Shown piece after piece: positions 34,423-34,797 of a DNA stretch of 34,797 nt (its first letter is position 1; every line of letters begins with the position of its first letter). A program made the position numbers and the translations under genes. Under the pieces are notes generated by a model. It made no database searches. It was not told the DNA's origin and worked only from the letters and a program-made list of their open reading frames with translations. Origin of the DNA: a virus (lineage: Duplodnaviria > Caudoviricetes); the IMG/VR virus record IMGVR_UViG_3300031953_000070, positions 1 through 34,797 of that record. The stretch is one strand, 5' to 3'.

Positions 34423-34797
34423 TTCCTGCGCTTTTAAGTGTTCTTATTTTGGTTTGTTTTTCTGAAGGCGTAATGGGGCGGGCGTGAACACATACACCTT
34501 CTTTATCGAAATAATACATCATGCCAGTTTCCGGCTCATCGATCAGGAAGATTTTACCCTTCATGTGCTCACTGCGGTGCTTGATGTTTTCCAGAAGACG
34601 GGCGCGCTCGATTTTTGGTTCTTTGATCTTTGCACGGAGTTTCGCGCTGATCTCTTTTTTCTCAAGCTCAAGTTCTGAGATATTAATGGAAACTTCAGCC
34701 AGTTCTGTTTTGCGTTCTGCCAGGTCTTCTTCGGTAAGCGGTTTTGTATAGGATTCTTCCTTTACCTCGTAGCAGATCCCTTCGAGGTTCTGTTCTC
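34415..34797 (-). CDS. Hypothetical coiled-coil phage protein, 5'-truncated by the window edge
   Basis: Open frame EQNLEGICYEVKEESYTKPLTEEDL...HARPITPSEKQ...GNE*, overlapping the next start codon. Confidence 0.7.
   Translation of the reverse strand, partial: EQNLEGICYEVKEESYTKPLTEEDLAERKTELAEVSINISELELEKKEISAKLRAKIKEPKIERARLLENIKHRSEHMKGKIFLIDEPETGMMYYFDKEGVCVHARPITPSEKQTKIRTLKSAGNE

Larger units (their letters stand above)
1..34797. mobile_element. Temperate siphovirus-type (HK97-like head) Bacteroidota phage, excised/extrachromosomal form, near complete
   Basis: TerL, portal, protease, capsid, connector, tail tube, TMP, lysis, integrase and repressor are present in canonical synteny. attP is intact, TAnnTTTG promoters are present, and no host housekeeping genes are seen. 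Confidence 0.95.

Noticed and set aside
172-34751. Numerous + strand ORFs in the track other than 5606..6082 and 6245..6715
   Set aside because: They are antisense shadows of well-supported - strand genes and show no recognisable motifs.

Overview
Near-complete genome of a temperate, HK97-type, long-tailed dsDNA phage of a Bacteroidota (probably Flavobacteriaceae) host. Almost all genes are on the - strand. It is in the excised configuration: an intact attP (tRNA 3'-end core with arm repeats on both sides) lies between the integrase and the lysis genes, and the left edge looks like the cos region just downstream of the packaging HNH gene. TerS is not in the window. Modules from left to right: HNH and replication (AAA helicase, initiator with iterons, SSB-like), immunity, integrase/attP, lysis, beta-helix lipoprotein, SGNH tail fibre, tail, head, and TerL. 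Two unusual systems stand out. (1) An initiator-tRNA (fMet-scaffold) gene with a remodelled GCT anticodon lies upstream of a tape-measure gene whose expected N-terminus has no ATG/GTG/TTG but begins at an in-frame AGC. This suggests a private start-codon/initiator-tRNA pair. (2) Between terL and portal there is an integron-like element: a tyrosine recombinase lacking the IntI-specific insertion, an attI-like site, and three attC-bounded cassettes with inverted ORFs, two of which start inside the attC. A c4-like antisense-RNA-controlled cassette (a paralogue of the gene after terL, plus a tandem HNH nuclease) sits between the tRNA and the tape-measure gene. All calls come from reading the sequence and recalled family motifs; no database searches were run.
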